The notes below the pieces were generated by a model. It did not search any database. It had not been told where the DNA came from and saw only the letters and a program-made list of their open reading frames with translations. Below are positions 1 to 13,114 of a stretch of 64,000 bases of DNA, piece by piece. The stretch comes from Eledone cirrhosa. Its lineage: Eukaryota. How positions within the stretch are numbered: position 1 is the first letter of the stretch; each line of letters opens with the position of its first letter. The DNA is taken from the NCBI GenBank assembly GCA_964016885.1, contig OZ024743.1:210800001-210864000 (forward strand), given 5' to 3'. A program made the translations under genes and the position numbers.

Positions 1-2189
1 ACAGTTTACCATCCTATAGCCACACATGAAAGCTCTTCACTCCATAAGATATACCACAGTTTACCATCATATAGCCATCGATGAATGCTCTTCACTCCAT
101 AAGATATACCACAGTTTACCATCCTATAGCCACAGATGAAAGCTCTTCACCCCATAAGATATACCACAGTTTACCATCCTAGAGCCAGATGAAAGCTCTT
201 CACTCCATAAGATATACCACAGTTTACCATCCTATAGCCACAGATGAAAGCTCTTCACTCCATAAGATATACCACAGTTTACCATCCTATAGCCACACAT
301 GAAAGCTCTTTACTCCATAAGATATACCACAGTTTACCATCCTATAGCCACACATGAGAGCTCTTCACTCCATAAGATATGCCACAGTTTACCATCCTAT
401 GGCCACACATGAAAGCCCTTCACCCCATAAGATATACCACAGTTTACCATCCTATGGCTACACATGAAAGCTCTTCACTCCATAAGATATACCATAGTTT
501 ACCATCATATGGCCATACATGAAAGCTCTTCACTCCATAAGATATACTACAGTTTACCATCATATAGCCACAGATGAAAGCTCTTCACTCCATAAGATAT
601 ACCACAGTTTACCATCCTATAGTCACAGATGAAAGCTCTTCACTCCATAAGATATACCACAGTTTACCATCCTATACCCAGATGAAAGCTCTTCACTCCA
701 TAAGATATACCTCAGTTTACCAACATATAGCCACTGATGAAACTCTTCACTCCATAAGATATACCACAGTTTAAAATCCTGTAGCCAGATGAAAGCTCTT
801 CACCACATAAGATATACCACACTTTACCATCCTATAGCCAGATGAAAGCTCTTCAATCCATAAGATATACCAGAGTTTACCATCCTATAGCCACTGATGA
901 AAGCTCTTCACTCCATAAGATATACCACAGTTTACCATCCTATGGCCACACATGAAAGCTCTTCACCCATAAGATATACCACAGTTTACCATCATATAGC
1001 CATCGATGAATGCTCTTCACTCGATAAGATATACCACAGTTTACCATCCTATAGCCACAGATGAAAGCTCTTCACCCCATAAGATATACCAGTTTACCAT
1101 CCAAAAGCAACATATGAAAGCAATTCACTCCATAAGATATACCACAGTTCACCACCCTATAGCCAGATGAAAGCTCTTCACTCCATAAGATATACCACAG
1201 TTTACCATCCTATAGCCACACATGAAAGCTCTTCACTCCATAAGATATACCACAGTTTACCATCATATAGCCATCGATGAATGCTCTTCACTCCATAAGA
1301 TATACCACAGTTTACCATCCTATAGCCACAGATGAAAGCTCTTCACCCCATAAGATATACCACAGTTTACCATCCTAGAGCCAGATGAAAGCTCTTCACT
1401 CCATAAGATATACCACAGTTTACCATCCTATAGCCACAGATGAAAGCTCTTCACTCCATAAGATATACCACAGTTTACCATCCTATAGCCACACATGAAA
1501 GCTCTTTACTCCATAAGATATACCACAGTTTACCATCCTATAGCCACACATGAGAGCTCTTCACTCCATAAGATATACCACAGTTTACCATCCTATGGCC
1601 ACACATGAAAGCCCTTCACCCCATAAGATATACCACAGTTTACCATCCTATGGCTACACATGAAAGCTCTTCACTCCATAAGATATACCATAGTTTACCA
1701 TCATATGGCCATACATGAAAGCTCTTCACTCCATAAGATATACTACAGTTTACCATCATATAGCCACAGATGAAAGCTCTTCACTCCATAAGATATACCA
1801 CAGTTTACCATCCTATAGTCACAGATGAAAGCTCTTCACTCCATAAGATATACCACAGTTTCCCATCCTATACCCAGATGAAAGCTCTTCACTCCATAAG
1901 ATATACCTCAGTTTACCAACCTATAGCCACTGATGAAACTCTTCACTCCATAAGATATACCACAGTTTAAAATCCTGTAGCCAGATGAAAGCTCTTCACC
2001 ACATAAGATATACCACACTTTACCATCCTATAGCCAGATGAAAGCTCTTCAATCCATAAGATATACCAGAGTTTACCATCCTATAGCCACAGATGAAAGC
2101 TCTTCACTCCATAAGATATACCACAGTTTACCATCCTATGGCCACACATGAAAGCTCTTCACCCATAAGATATACCACAGTTTACCATC
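1..2189. repeat. Higher-order duplication, offset 1196 bp (~22 monomers); the block recurs at offset 4560 and again 1352 bp further on
   Basis: Private junction GCCATCGATGAATG at 74, 1270, 4634 and 5987. Near-identical ORFs start at 574, 1770, 5134 and 6486. Lines from 4561 match lines from 1 for about 800 bp. Confidence 0.9.
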
Positions 2190-2418
2190 CTATGGCCACA
2201 CATGAAAGCTCTTCACTCCATAGGATATACCACAGTTTACCATCCTATAGCCACAGATGAAAGCTCTTCACTCCATAAGATATACCACAGTTTACCATCC
2301 TATGGCCACACATGAAAGCTCTTCACCCATAAGATATACCACAGTTTACCATCCTATGGCCACACATGAAAGCTCTTCACTCCATAGGATATACCACAGT
2401 TTACCATCCTATAGCCAG

Positions 2419-2958
2419 ATGAAAGCTCTTCACTCCATAAGATATACCACAGTTTACCATCCTATAGCCACACATGAAATCTCTTCACTACATAAGATAT
2501 ACCACAGTTTACCATCCTGTAGCCAGATAAACGCTCTTCACTCCATAAGATATACTAGAGTTTACCATCCTATAGCCACAGATGAAACTCTTCACTCCAT
2601 AAGTTATACCGCAGTTTACCATCCTATAGCCAGATGAAAGCTCTTCACTCCATAAGATATACCACAGTCTACTATCCTATTGCCACACATGAAAGCTCTT
2701 CACTCCATAAGATATACCACAGTTTACCATCCTATAGCCACACATGAAATCTCTTCACTACATAAGATATACCACAGTTTACCATCCTGTAGCCAGATAA
2801 ACGCTCTTCACTCCATAAGATATACTAGAGTTTACCATCCTATAGCCACAGATGAAACTCTTCACTCCATAAGTTATACCGCAGTTTACCATCCTATAGC
2901 CAGATGAAAGCTCTTCACTCCATAAGATATACCACAGTCTACTATCCTATTGCCACAC
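2419..2958. repeat. Tandem duplication of a 270-bp (5-monomer) block
   Basis: Variants AGATAAACGCTC, TATACTAGAG, AAGTTATACCGCAG and GTCTACTATCCTATTG all repeat 270 bp apart. ORF ends are at 2637 and 2907. Confidence 0.92.
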
Positions 2959-3059
2959 ATGAAAGCTCTTCACTCCATAAGATATACCACAGTCTACTAT
3001 CCTATTGCCACACATGAAAGCTCTTCACTCCATAAGATATACCACAGTTTACAACCCTA

Positions 3060-6000
3060 TAGCCAGATGAAAGCTCTTCACTCCATAAGATATACGAATT
3101 TACCATCCTATAGACAGAGATGAAAGCTCTTCACTCCATAAGATATACCACAGTTCACCACCCTATAGCCAGATGAAAGCTCTTCACTCCATAAGATATA
3201 CCACAGTTTCCCATCCTATAGCCACACATGAAAGCTCTTCACTCCATAAGATATACCACAGTTTACCATCATATAGCCACGGATGAATGCTCTTCACTCC
3301 ATAAGATATACCACATTTTACCATCCTATAGCCACAGATAAAAGCTCTTCACCCCATAAGATATACCACAGTTTACCATCCTATAGCCAGATGAAAGCTC
3401 TTCACTCCATAAGATATACCACAGTTTACCATCCTATACCCAGATGAAAGCTCTTCACTCCATCAGATATACCACAGTTTATCATCCTATGGCCACACAT
3501 GAAAGCTCTTCACCCCATAAGATATACCACAGTTTACCATCCTATGGCCACACATGAAAGCTCTTCACTCCATAAGATATACCACAGTTTACCATCCTAT
3601 AGCCACAGATGAAAGCTCTTCACCCCATAAGATATACCACAGTTTACCATCCTATAGCCACACATGAAAGCTCTTCACTCCATAGGATATACCACAGTTT
3701 ACCATCCTATAGCCACACATGAAAGCTCTTCACTCCATAAGATATACCACAGTTTACCATCCTATAGCCACACATGAAAGCTCTTCACTCCATAAGATAT
3801 ACCATAGTTTACGATCCTATAGCCACACATGAAAGCTCTTCACTCCATAAGATATACCACAGTTTACCATCCTATAGCCACACATGAAAGCTCTTCACTC
3901 CATAAGATATACCACAGTTTACCATCCTATAGCCACAGATGAAGGCTCTTCACTCCATAAGATATACCACAGTTTACCATCCTATGGCCACACATGAAAG
4001 CACTTAACCCATAAGATATACCACAGTTTACCATCCTTTCGCAAGATGAAAGCTCTTCACTCCATAAGATATACCACAGTTTACCATCCCATAGCCACAC
4101 ATGAAAGCTCTTCACTCCATAAGATATACCACAGTTTACCATCCTATAGCCACACATGAAAGCTCTTCACTACATAAGATATACCACAGTTTACCATCCT
4201 GTAGCCAGATGAAAGCTCTTCACTCCATAAGATATACCACAGATTACCATCCTATAGCCACACATGAAAGCTCCTCACTCCATAAGATATACCTCAGTTT
4301 ACCAACCTATAGCCACAGATGAAAGCTCTTCACTCCATAAGATATACCAGTTTACCATCCTATAGCCACAGATGAAAGCTCTTCACTCCATAAGATATAC
4401 CACAGTTTACCACCCTATAGCCAGATGAAAGCTCTTCACTCCATAAGATATACCAGTTTACCATCCAAAAGCAACAGATGAAAGCAATTCACTCCATAAG
4501 ATATACCACAGTTCACCACCCTATAGCCAGATGAAAGCTCTTCACTCCATAAGATATACCACAGTTTACCATCCTATAGCCACACATGAAAGCTCTTCAC
4601 TCCATAAGATATACCACAGTTTACCATCATATAGCCATCGATGAATGCTCTTCACTCCATAAGATATACCACAGTTTACCATCCTATAGCCACAGATGAA
4701 AGCTCTTCACCCCATAAGATATACCACAGTTTACCATCCTAGAGCCAGATGAAAGCTCTTCACTCCATAAGATATACCACAGTTTACCATCCTATAGCCA
4801 CAGATGAAAGCTCTTCACTCCATAAGATATACCACAGTTTACCATCCTATAGCCACACATGAAAGCTCTTTACTCCATAAGATATACCACAGTTTACCAT
4901 CCTATAGCCACACATGAGAGCTCTTCACTCCATAAGATATACCACAGTTTACCATCCTATGGCCACACATGAAAGCCCTTCACCCCATAAGATATACCAC
5001 AGTTTACCATCCTATGGCTACACATGAAAGCTCTTCACTCCATAAGATATACCATAGTTTACCATCATATGGCCATACATGAAAGCTCTTCACTCCATAA
5101 GATATACTACAGTTTACCATCATATAGCCACAGATGAAAGCTCTTCACTCCATAAGATATACCACAGTTTACCATCCTATAGTCACAGATGAAAGCTCTT
5201 CACTCCATAAGATATACCACAGTTTACCATCCTATACCCAGATGAAAGCTCTTCACTCCATAAGATATACCTCAGTTTACCAACCTATAGCCACTGATGA
5301 AACTCTTCACTCCATAAGATATACCACAGTTTAAAATCCTGTAGCCAGATGAAAGCTCTTCACCACATAAGATATACCACAGTTTACCATCCTATAGCCA
5401 CAGATGAAAGCTCTTCACTCCATAACATATACCACAGTTTACCACCCTATAGCCAGATGAAAGCTCTTCACTCCATAAGATATACCACAGTTTACCATCC
5501 TATGGCCACACATGAAAGCTCTTCACCCATAAGATATACCACAGTTTACCATCCTAGAGCCAGATGAAAGCTCTTCACTCCATAAGATATACCACAGTTT
5601 ACCATCCTATAGCCAGATGAAAGCTCCTCACTCCATAAGATATACCTCAGTTTACCAACCTATAGCCACAAATGAAAGCTCTTCACTCCATAAGATATAC
5701 CAGTTTACCATCCTATAGCCACAGATGAAAGCTCTTCACTCCATAAGATATACCACAGTTTACCACCCTATAGCCAGATGAAAGCTCTTCACTCCATAAG
5801 ATATACCAGTTTACCATCCAAAAGCAACAGATGAAAGCAATTCACTCCATAAGATATACCACAGTTCACCACCCTATAGCCAGATGAAAGCTCTTCACTC
5901 CATAAGATATACCACAGTTTACCATCCTATAGCCACACATGAAAGCTCTTCACTCCATAAGATATACCACAGTTTACCATCATATAGCCATCGATGAATG

Positions 6001-9000
6001 CTCTTCACTCCATAAGATATACCACAGTTTACCATCCTATAGCCACAGATGAAAGCTCTTCACCCCATAAGATATACCACAGTTTACCATCCTAGAGCCA
6101 GATGAAAGCTCTTCACTCCATAAGATATACCACAGTTTACCATCCTATAGCCACAGTGAAAGCTCTTCACTCCATAAGATATACCACAGTTTACCATCCT
6201 ATAGCCACACATGAAAGCTCTTTACTCCATAAGATATACCACAGTTTACCATCCTATAGCCACACATGAGAGCTCTTCACTCCATAAGATATACCACAGT
6301 TTACCATCCTATGGCCACACATGAAAGCCCTTCACCCCATAAGATATACCACAGTTTACCATCCTATGGCTACACATGAAAGCTCTTCACTCCATAAGAT
6401 ATACCATAGTTTACCATCATATGGCCATACATGAAAGCTCTTCACTCCATAAGATATACTACAGTTTACCATCATATAGCCACAGATGAAAGCTCTTCAC
6501 TCCATAAGATATACCACAGTTTACCATCCTATAGTCACAGATGAAAGCTCTTCACTCCATAAGATATACCACAGTTTACCATCCTATACCCAGATGAAAG
6601 CTCTTCACTCCATAAGATATACCTCAGTTTACCAACCTATAGCCACTGATGAAACTCTTCACTCCATAAGATATACCACAGTTTAAAATCCTGTAGCCAG
6701 ATGAAAGCTCTTCACCACATAAGATATACCACACTTTACCATCCTATAGCCAGATGAAAGCTCTTCAATCCATAAGATATACCAGAGTTTACCATCCTAT
6801 AGCCACAGATGAAAGCTCTTCACTCCATAAGATATACCACAGTTTACCATCCTATGGCCACACATGAAAGCTCTTCACCCATAAGATATACCACAGTTTA
6901 CTATCCTAGAGCCAGATGAAAGCTCTTCACTCCATAAGATATACCACAGTTTACCATCCTATAGCCACACATGAAATCTCTTCACTACATAAGATATACC
7001 ACAGTTTACCATCCTGTAGCCAGATAAACGCTCTTCACTCCATAAGATATACTAGAGTTTACCATCCTATAGCCACAGATGAAACTCTTCACTCCATAAG
7101 TTATACCGCAGTTTACCATCCTATAGCCAGATGAAAGCTCTTCACTCCATAAGATATACCACAGTCTACTATCCTATTGCCACACATGAAAGCTCTTCAC
7201 TCCATAAGATATACCACAGTTTACCATCCTATAGCCAGATGAAAGCTCTTCACTCCATAAGATATACCACAGTTTACCATCCTATAGCCACAGATGAAAG
7301 CTCTTCACTCCATAAGATATACCACAGTTTACCACCCTATAGCCAGATGAAAGCTCTTCACTCCATAAGATATACGAATTTACCATCCTATAGACAGAGA
7401 TGAAAGCTCTTCACTCCATAAGATATACCACAGTTTCCCATCCTATAGCCACACATGAAAGCTCTTCACTCCATAAGATATACCACAGTTTACCATCATA
7501 TAGCCACGGATGAATGCTCTTCACTCCATAAGATATACCACATTTTACCATCCTATAGCCACAGATAAAAGCTCTTCACCCCATAAGATATACCACAGTT
7601 TACCATCCTATAGCCAGATGAAAGCTCTTCACTCCATAAGATATACCACAGTTTACCATCCTATACCCAGATGAAAGCTCTTCACTCCATCAGATATACC
7701 ACAGTTTATCATCCTATGGCCACACATGAAAGCTCTTCACCCCATAAGATATACCACAGTTTACCATCCTATGGCCACACATGAAAGCTCTTCACTCCAT
7801 AAGATATACCACAGTTTACCATCCTATAGCCACAGATGAAAGCTCTTCACCCCATAAGATATACCACAGTTTACCATCCTATAGCCACACATGAAAGCTC
7901 TTCACTCCATAGGATATACCACAGTTTACCATCCTATAGCCACACATGAAAGCTCTTCACTCCATAAGATATACCACAGTTTACCATCCTATAGCCACAC
8001 ATGAAAGCTCTTCACTCCATAAGATATACCATAGTTTACGATCCTATAGCCACACATGAAAGCTCTTCACTCCATAAGATATACCACAGTTTACCATCCT
8101 ATAGCCACACATGAAAGCTCTTCACTCCATAAGATATACCACAGTTTACCATCCTATAGCCACAGATGAAGGCTCTTCACTCCATAAGATATACCACAGT
8201 TTACCATCCTATGGCCACATATGAAAGCACTTAACCCATAAGATATACCACAGTTTACCATCCTTTCGCAAGATGAAAGCTCTTCACTCCATAAGATATA
8301 CCACAGTTTACCATCCTATAGCCACACATGAGAGCTCTTCACTACATAAGATATACCACAGTTTACCATCCTGTAGCCAGATGAAAGCTCTTCACTCCAT
8401 AAGATATACCACAGATTACCATCCTATAGCCACACATGAAAGCTCCTCACTCCATAAGATATACCTCAGTTTACCAACCTATAGCCACAGATGAAAGCTC
8501 TTCACTCCATAAGATATACCAGTTTACCATCCTATAGACACAGATGAAAGCTCTTCACCCCATAAGATATACCACAGTTTACCACCCTATAGCCAGATGA
8601 AAGCTCTTCACTCCATAAGATATACCAGTTTACCATCCAAAAGCAACAGATGAAAGCAATTCACTCCATAAGATATACCACAGTTCACCACCCTATAGCC
8701 AGATGAAAGCTCTTCGCTCCGTAAGATATACCACAGTTTACCATCCTATAGCCACACATGAAAGCTCTTCACTCCATAAGATATACCACAGTTTACCATC
8801 ATATAGCCATGGATGAATGCTCTTCACTCCATAAGATATACCACAGTTTACCATCCTATAGCCACAGATGAAAGCTCTTCACCCCATAAGATATACCACA
8901 GTTTAACATCCTAGAGCCAGATGAAAGCTCTTCACTCCATAAGATATACCAAAGTTTACCATCCTATAGCCACAGATGAAAGCTCTTCACTCCATAAGAT

Positions 9001-9360
9001 ATACCACAGTTTACCATCCTATAGCCACACATGAAAGCTCTTCACTCCATAAGATATACCACAGTTTACCATCCTATGGCCACACATGAAAGCCCTTCAC
9101 CCCATAAGATATACCACAGTTTACCATCCTATGGCTACACATGAAAGCTCTTCACTCCATAAGATATACCACAGTTTACCATCATATGGCCATACATGAA
9201 AGCTCTTCACTCCATTAGATATACCACAGTTTACCATCATATAGCCACAGATGAAAGCTCTTCACTCCATAAGATATACCACAGTTTACCATCCTATAGT
9301 CACAGATGAAAGCTCTTCACTCCATAAGATATACCACAGTTTACCATCCTATACCCAGAT
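3060..9360. repeat. Large duplication, offset ~4.2 kb (about 3.1-5.2 kb copied at about 7.3-9.3 kb, with whole-monomer indels)
   Basis: Shared private variants: TAGACAGAGATG (~3110 and ~7391), GAAGGCTC, GCACTTAACCC and CCTTTCGCAAG (4035 and 8262). Identical ORFs start at 4101 and 8273. Confidence 0.85.
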
Positions 9361-12300
9361 GAAAGCTCTTCACTCCGTAAGATATACCACAATTTACCAT
9401 CCTATAGCCACAGATGAAAGCTGTTCACTCCATAAGATATACCACAATTTACCATCCTATAGCCAGATGAAAGCTCTTCACTCCATAAGATATACCACAG
9501 TTTACCATCCTAAAGCCACAGATGAAAGCTCTTCACTCCATAAGATATACCACAGTTTACCATCCTATAGCCACAGATGAAAGCTCTTCACTCCATAAGA
9601 TATACCACAGTTTACCATCCTATAGCCAGAGATGAAAGCTCTTCACTCCATAAGATATACCACAGTTTACCATCCTATAGCCACAGATGAAAGCTCTTCA
9701 CCCCATAAGATATACCACAGTTTACCATCCTATAGCCACAGATGAAAGCTCTTCACCCCATAAGATATACCACAGTTTACCATCCTATAGCCACACATGA
9801 AAGCTCTTCACTCCATAAGATATACCACATTTTACCATCCTATAGCCACACATGAAAGCTCTTCACTCCATAAGATATACCACAGTTTACCATCCTATAA
9901 CCACACATGAAAGCTCTTCACGCCATAAGCTATACCACAGTTTACCATCCTATAGCCACACATGAAAGCTCTTCACCCCATAAGATATACCACAGTTTAC
10001 CATCCTATTGCCACACATTAAAGCTCTTCACTCCATAAGATATACCACAGTTTACCATCCTATAGCCACACATGAAAGCTCTTCACTCCATAATATATAC
10101 CTCAGTTTACCAACCTATAGCCACTGATGAAAGCTCTTCACTCCATAAGATATACCACAGTTCACCATCCTATAGCCAGATGAAAGCTCTTCACTCCATC
10201 AGATATACCACAATTTAAAATCCTGTAGCCAGATGAAAGCTCTTCACCCCATAAGATATACCACAGTTTACCATCCTATGGCCACACATGAAATCTCTTC
10301 ACCCATAAGATATACCACAGTTTACCATCCTAGAGCCAGATGAAAGCTCTTCACTCAATAAGATATACCACAGTTTACCATCCTATAACCACACATGAAA
10401 GCTCTTCACTCCATACGATATACCACAGTTTACCACTCTATAGCCACACATGAAATCTCTTCACTACATAAGATATACCACAGTTTACCATCCTGTAGAC
10501 AGATGAAAGCTCTTCACTCCATGAGATATACCACAGTTTACCATCCTATAGCCACAGATGAAACTCTTCATTCCATAAGTTATACTGCAGTTTACCATCC
10601 TATAGCCAGATGAAAGCTCTTCACTCCATAAGATATACCACAGTCTACTATCCTATTGCCACACATGAAAGCTCTTCCCTCCATAAGATATACCACAGTT
10701 TACCATCCTATAGCCAGATGAAAGCTCTTCACTCCATAAGATATACCACAGTTTACCATCCTATAGCCACAGATGAAAGCTCTTCACTCCATAACATATA
10801 CCACAGTTTACCACCCTATAGCCAGATGAAAGATCTTCACTCCATAAGATATACGAATTTACAATCCTATAGCCACAGATGAAAGCTCTTCACTCCATAA
10901 GATATACCACAGTTTACCATCCTATAGCCACAGATGAAAGCTCTTCACTCCATAAGATATACCAGTTTACCATCCTATAGCCACACATGAAAGCTCTTCA
11001 CTCCATAAGATATACCACAGTTTACCATCATATAGCCATGGATGAATGCTCTTCACTCCATAAGATATACCACAGTTTACAAATCCTATAGCCCCAGATG
11101 AAAGCTCTTCACCCCATAAGATATACCACAGTTTACCATCCTATAGCCACACATGAAAGCTCTTCACTCCATAAGATATACCACAGTTTACCATCCTATA
11201 GCCACACATGAAAGCTCTTCACTCCATAAGATATACCACAGTTTACCATCCTATAGCCACAGATGAAAGCTCTTCACTGCATAAGATATACAACAGTTTA
11301 CCATCCTATGGCCACACATGAAAGCTCTTCACCCATAAGATATACCACAGTTTACCATCCTTTCGCAAGATGAAAGCTATTCACTCCATAAGATATACCA
11401 CAGTTTACCATCCTATAGCCACACATGAAAGCTCTTCACTCCATAAGATATACCACAGTTTACCATCATATAGACATGGATGAATGCTCTTCACTCCATA
11501 AGAAATACCACAGTTTACCATCCTATAGCCACACATGAAAGCTCTTTACTACATAAGATATACCACAGTTTACCATCCTGTAGCCAGATGAAAGCTCTTC
11601 ACTCCATAAGATATACCACAGATTACCATCCTATAGCCACACATGAAAGCTCCTCACTCCATAAGATATACCTCAGTTTACCAACCTATAGCCACAGATG
11701 AAAGCTCTTCACTCCATAAGATATACCAGTTTACCATCCTATAGCCACAGATGAAAGCTCTTCACTCCATAAGATATACCACAGTTTACCACCCTATAGC
11801 CAGATGAAAGCTCTTCACTCCATAAGATATACGAGTTTACCATCCTATAGCCACAGATGAAAGCTCTTCACTCCATCAGATATACCACAGTTTACCATCC
11901 TATAGCCACAGATAAAGCTCTTCACTCCATAAGATATACCACAGTTTAACATCCTAAAGCAACAGATGAAAGCACTTCACTCCATAAGATATACCACAGT
12001 TCACCACCTTATAGCCAGATGAAAGCTCTTCACTCCATAAGATATACCACAGTTTACCATCCTATAGCCACACATGAAAGCTCTTCACTCCATAAGATAT
12101 ACCACAGTTTACCATCATATAGACATGGATGAATGCTCTTCACTCCATAAGATATACCACAGTTTACCATCCTATAGCCACAGATGAAAGCTCTTCACCC
12201 CATAAGATATACCACAGTTTACCATCCTAGAGCCAGATGAAAGCACTTCACTCCATAAGATATACCACAGTTTACCATCCTATAGCCACAGATGTAAGCT

Positions 12301-12566
12301 CTTCACTCCATAAGATATATCACAGTTTACCATCCTATAGCCACACATGAAAGCTCTTCACTCCATAAGATATACCACAGTTTACCATCCTATGGCCACA
12401 CATGAAAGCCCTTCACCCCATAAGATATACCACAGTTTATCATCCTATGGCTACACATGAAAGCTCTTCACTCCATAAGATATACCACAGTTTACCATCA
12501 TATGGCCATACATGAAAGCTCTTCACTCCATAAGATATACCACAGTTTACCATCCTATAGCCACAG

Positions 12567-13114
12567 ATGAAAGCTCTCCACTCCATAAGATATACCACAG
12601 TTTACCATCCTATAGCCACAGATGAAAGCTCTTCACTCCATAAGATATACCACAGTTTACCATCATATATCCACAGATGAAAGCTCTTCACTCCATAAGA
12701 TATACCACAGTTTACCATCCTATAGTCACAGATGAAAGCTCTCCACTCCATAAGATATACCACAGTTTACCATCATATAGCCACAGATGAAAGCTCTTCA
12801 CTCCATAAGATATACCACAGTTTACCATCATATAGCCACAGATGAAAGCTCTCCACTCCATAAGATATACCACAGTTTACCATCCTATAGCCACAGATGA
12901 AAGCTCTCCACTCCATAAGATATACCACAGTTTACCATCCTATAGCCACAGATGAAAGCTCTTCACTCCATAAGATATACCACAGTTTACCATCATATAG
13001 CCACAGATGAAAGCTCTTCACTCCATAAGATATACCACAGTTTACCATCCTATAGTCACAGATGAAAGCTCTCCACTCCATAAGATATACCACAGTTTAC
13101 CATCCTATACCCAG
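12567..13114. repeat. Local cluster of GCTCTCCAC variant monomers with a 330-bp offset copy
   Basis: CTCTCCAC monomers start at 12567, 12732, 12842, 12897 and 13062. The 4-monomer pattern starting at 12567 recurs at 12897. Confidence 0.8.

Noticed and set aside
731-800. Intact hammerhead ribozyme built from CTGATGA plus the next monomer's GAAA
   Set aside because: The bases needed for helix II (AAC.../...GAT) and helix I do not pair. It is kept only as a speculative ancestry finding.
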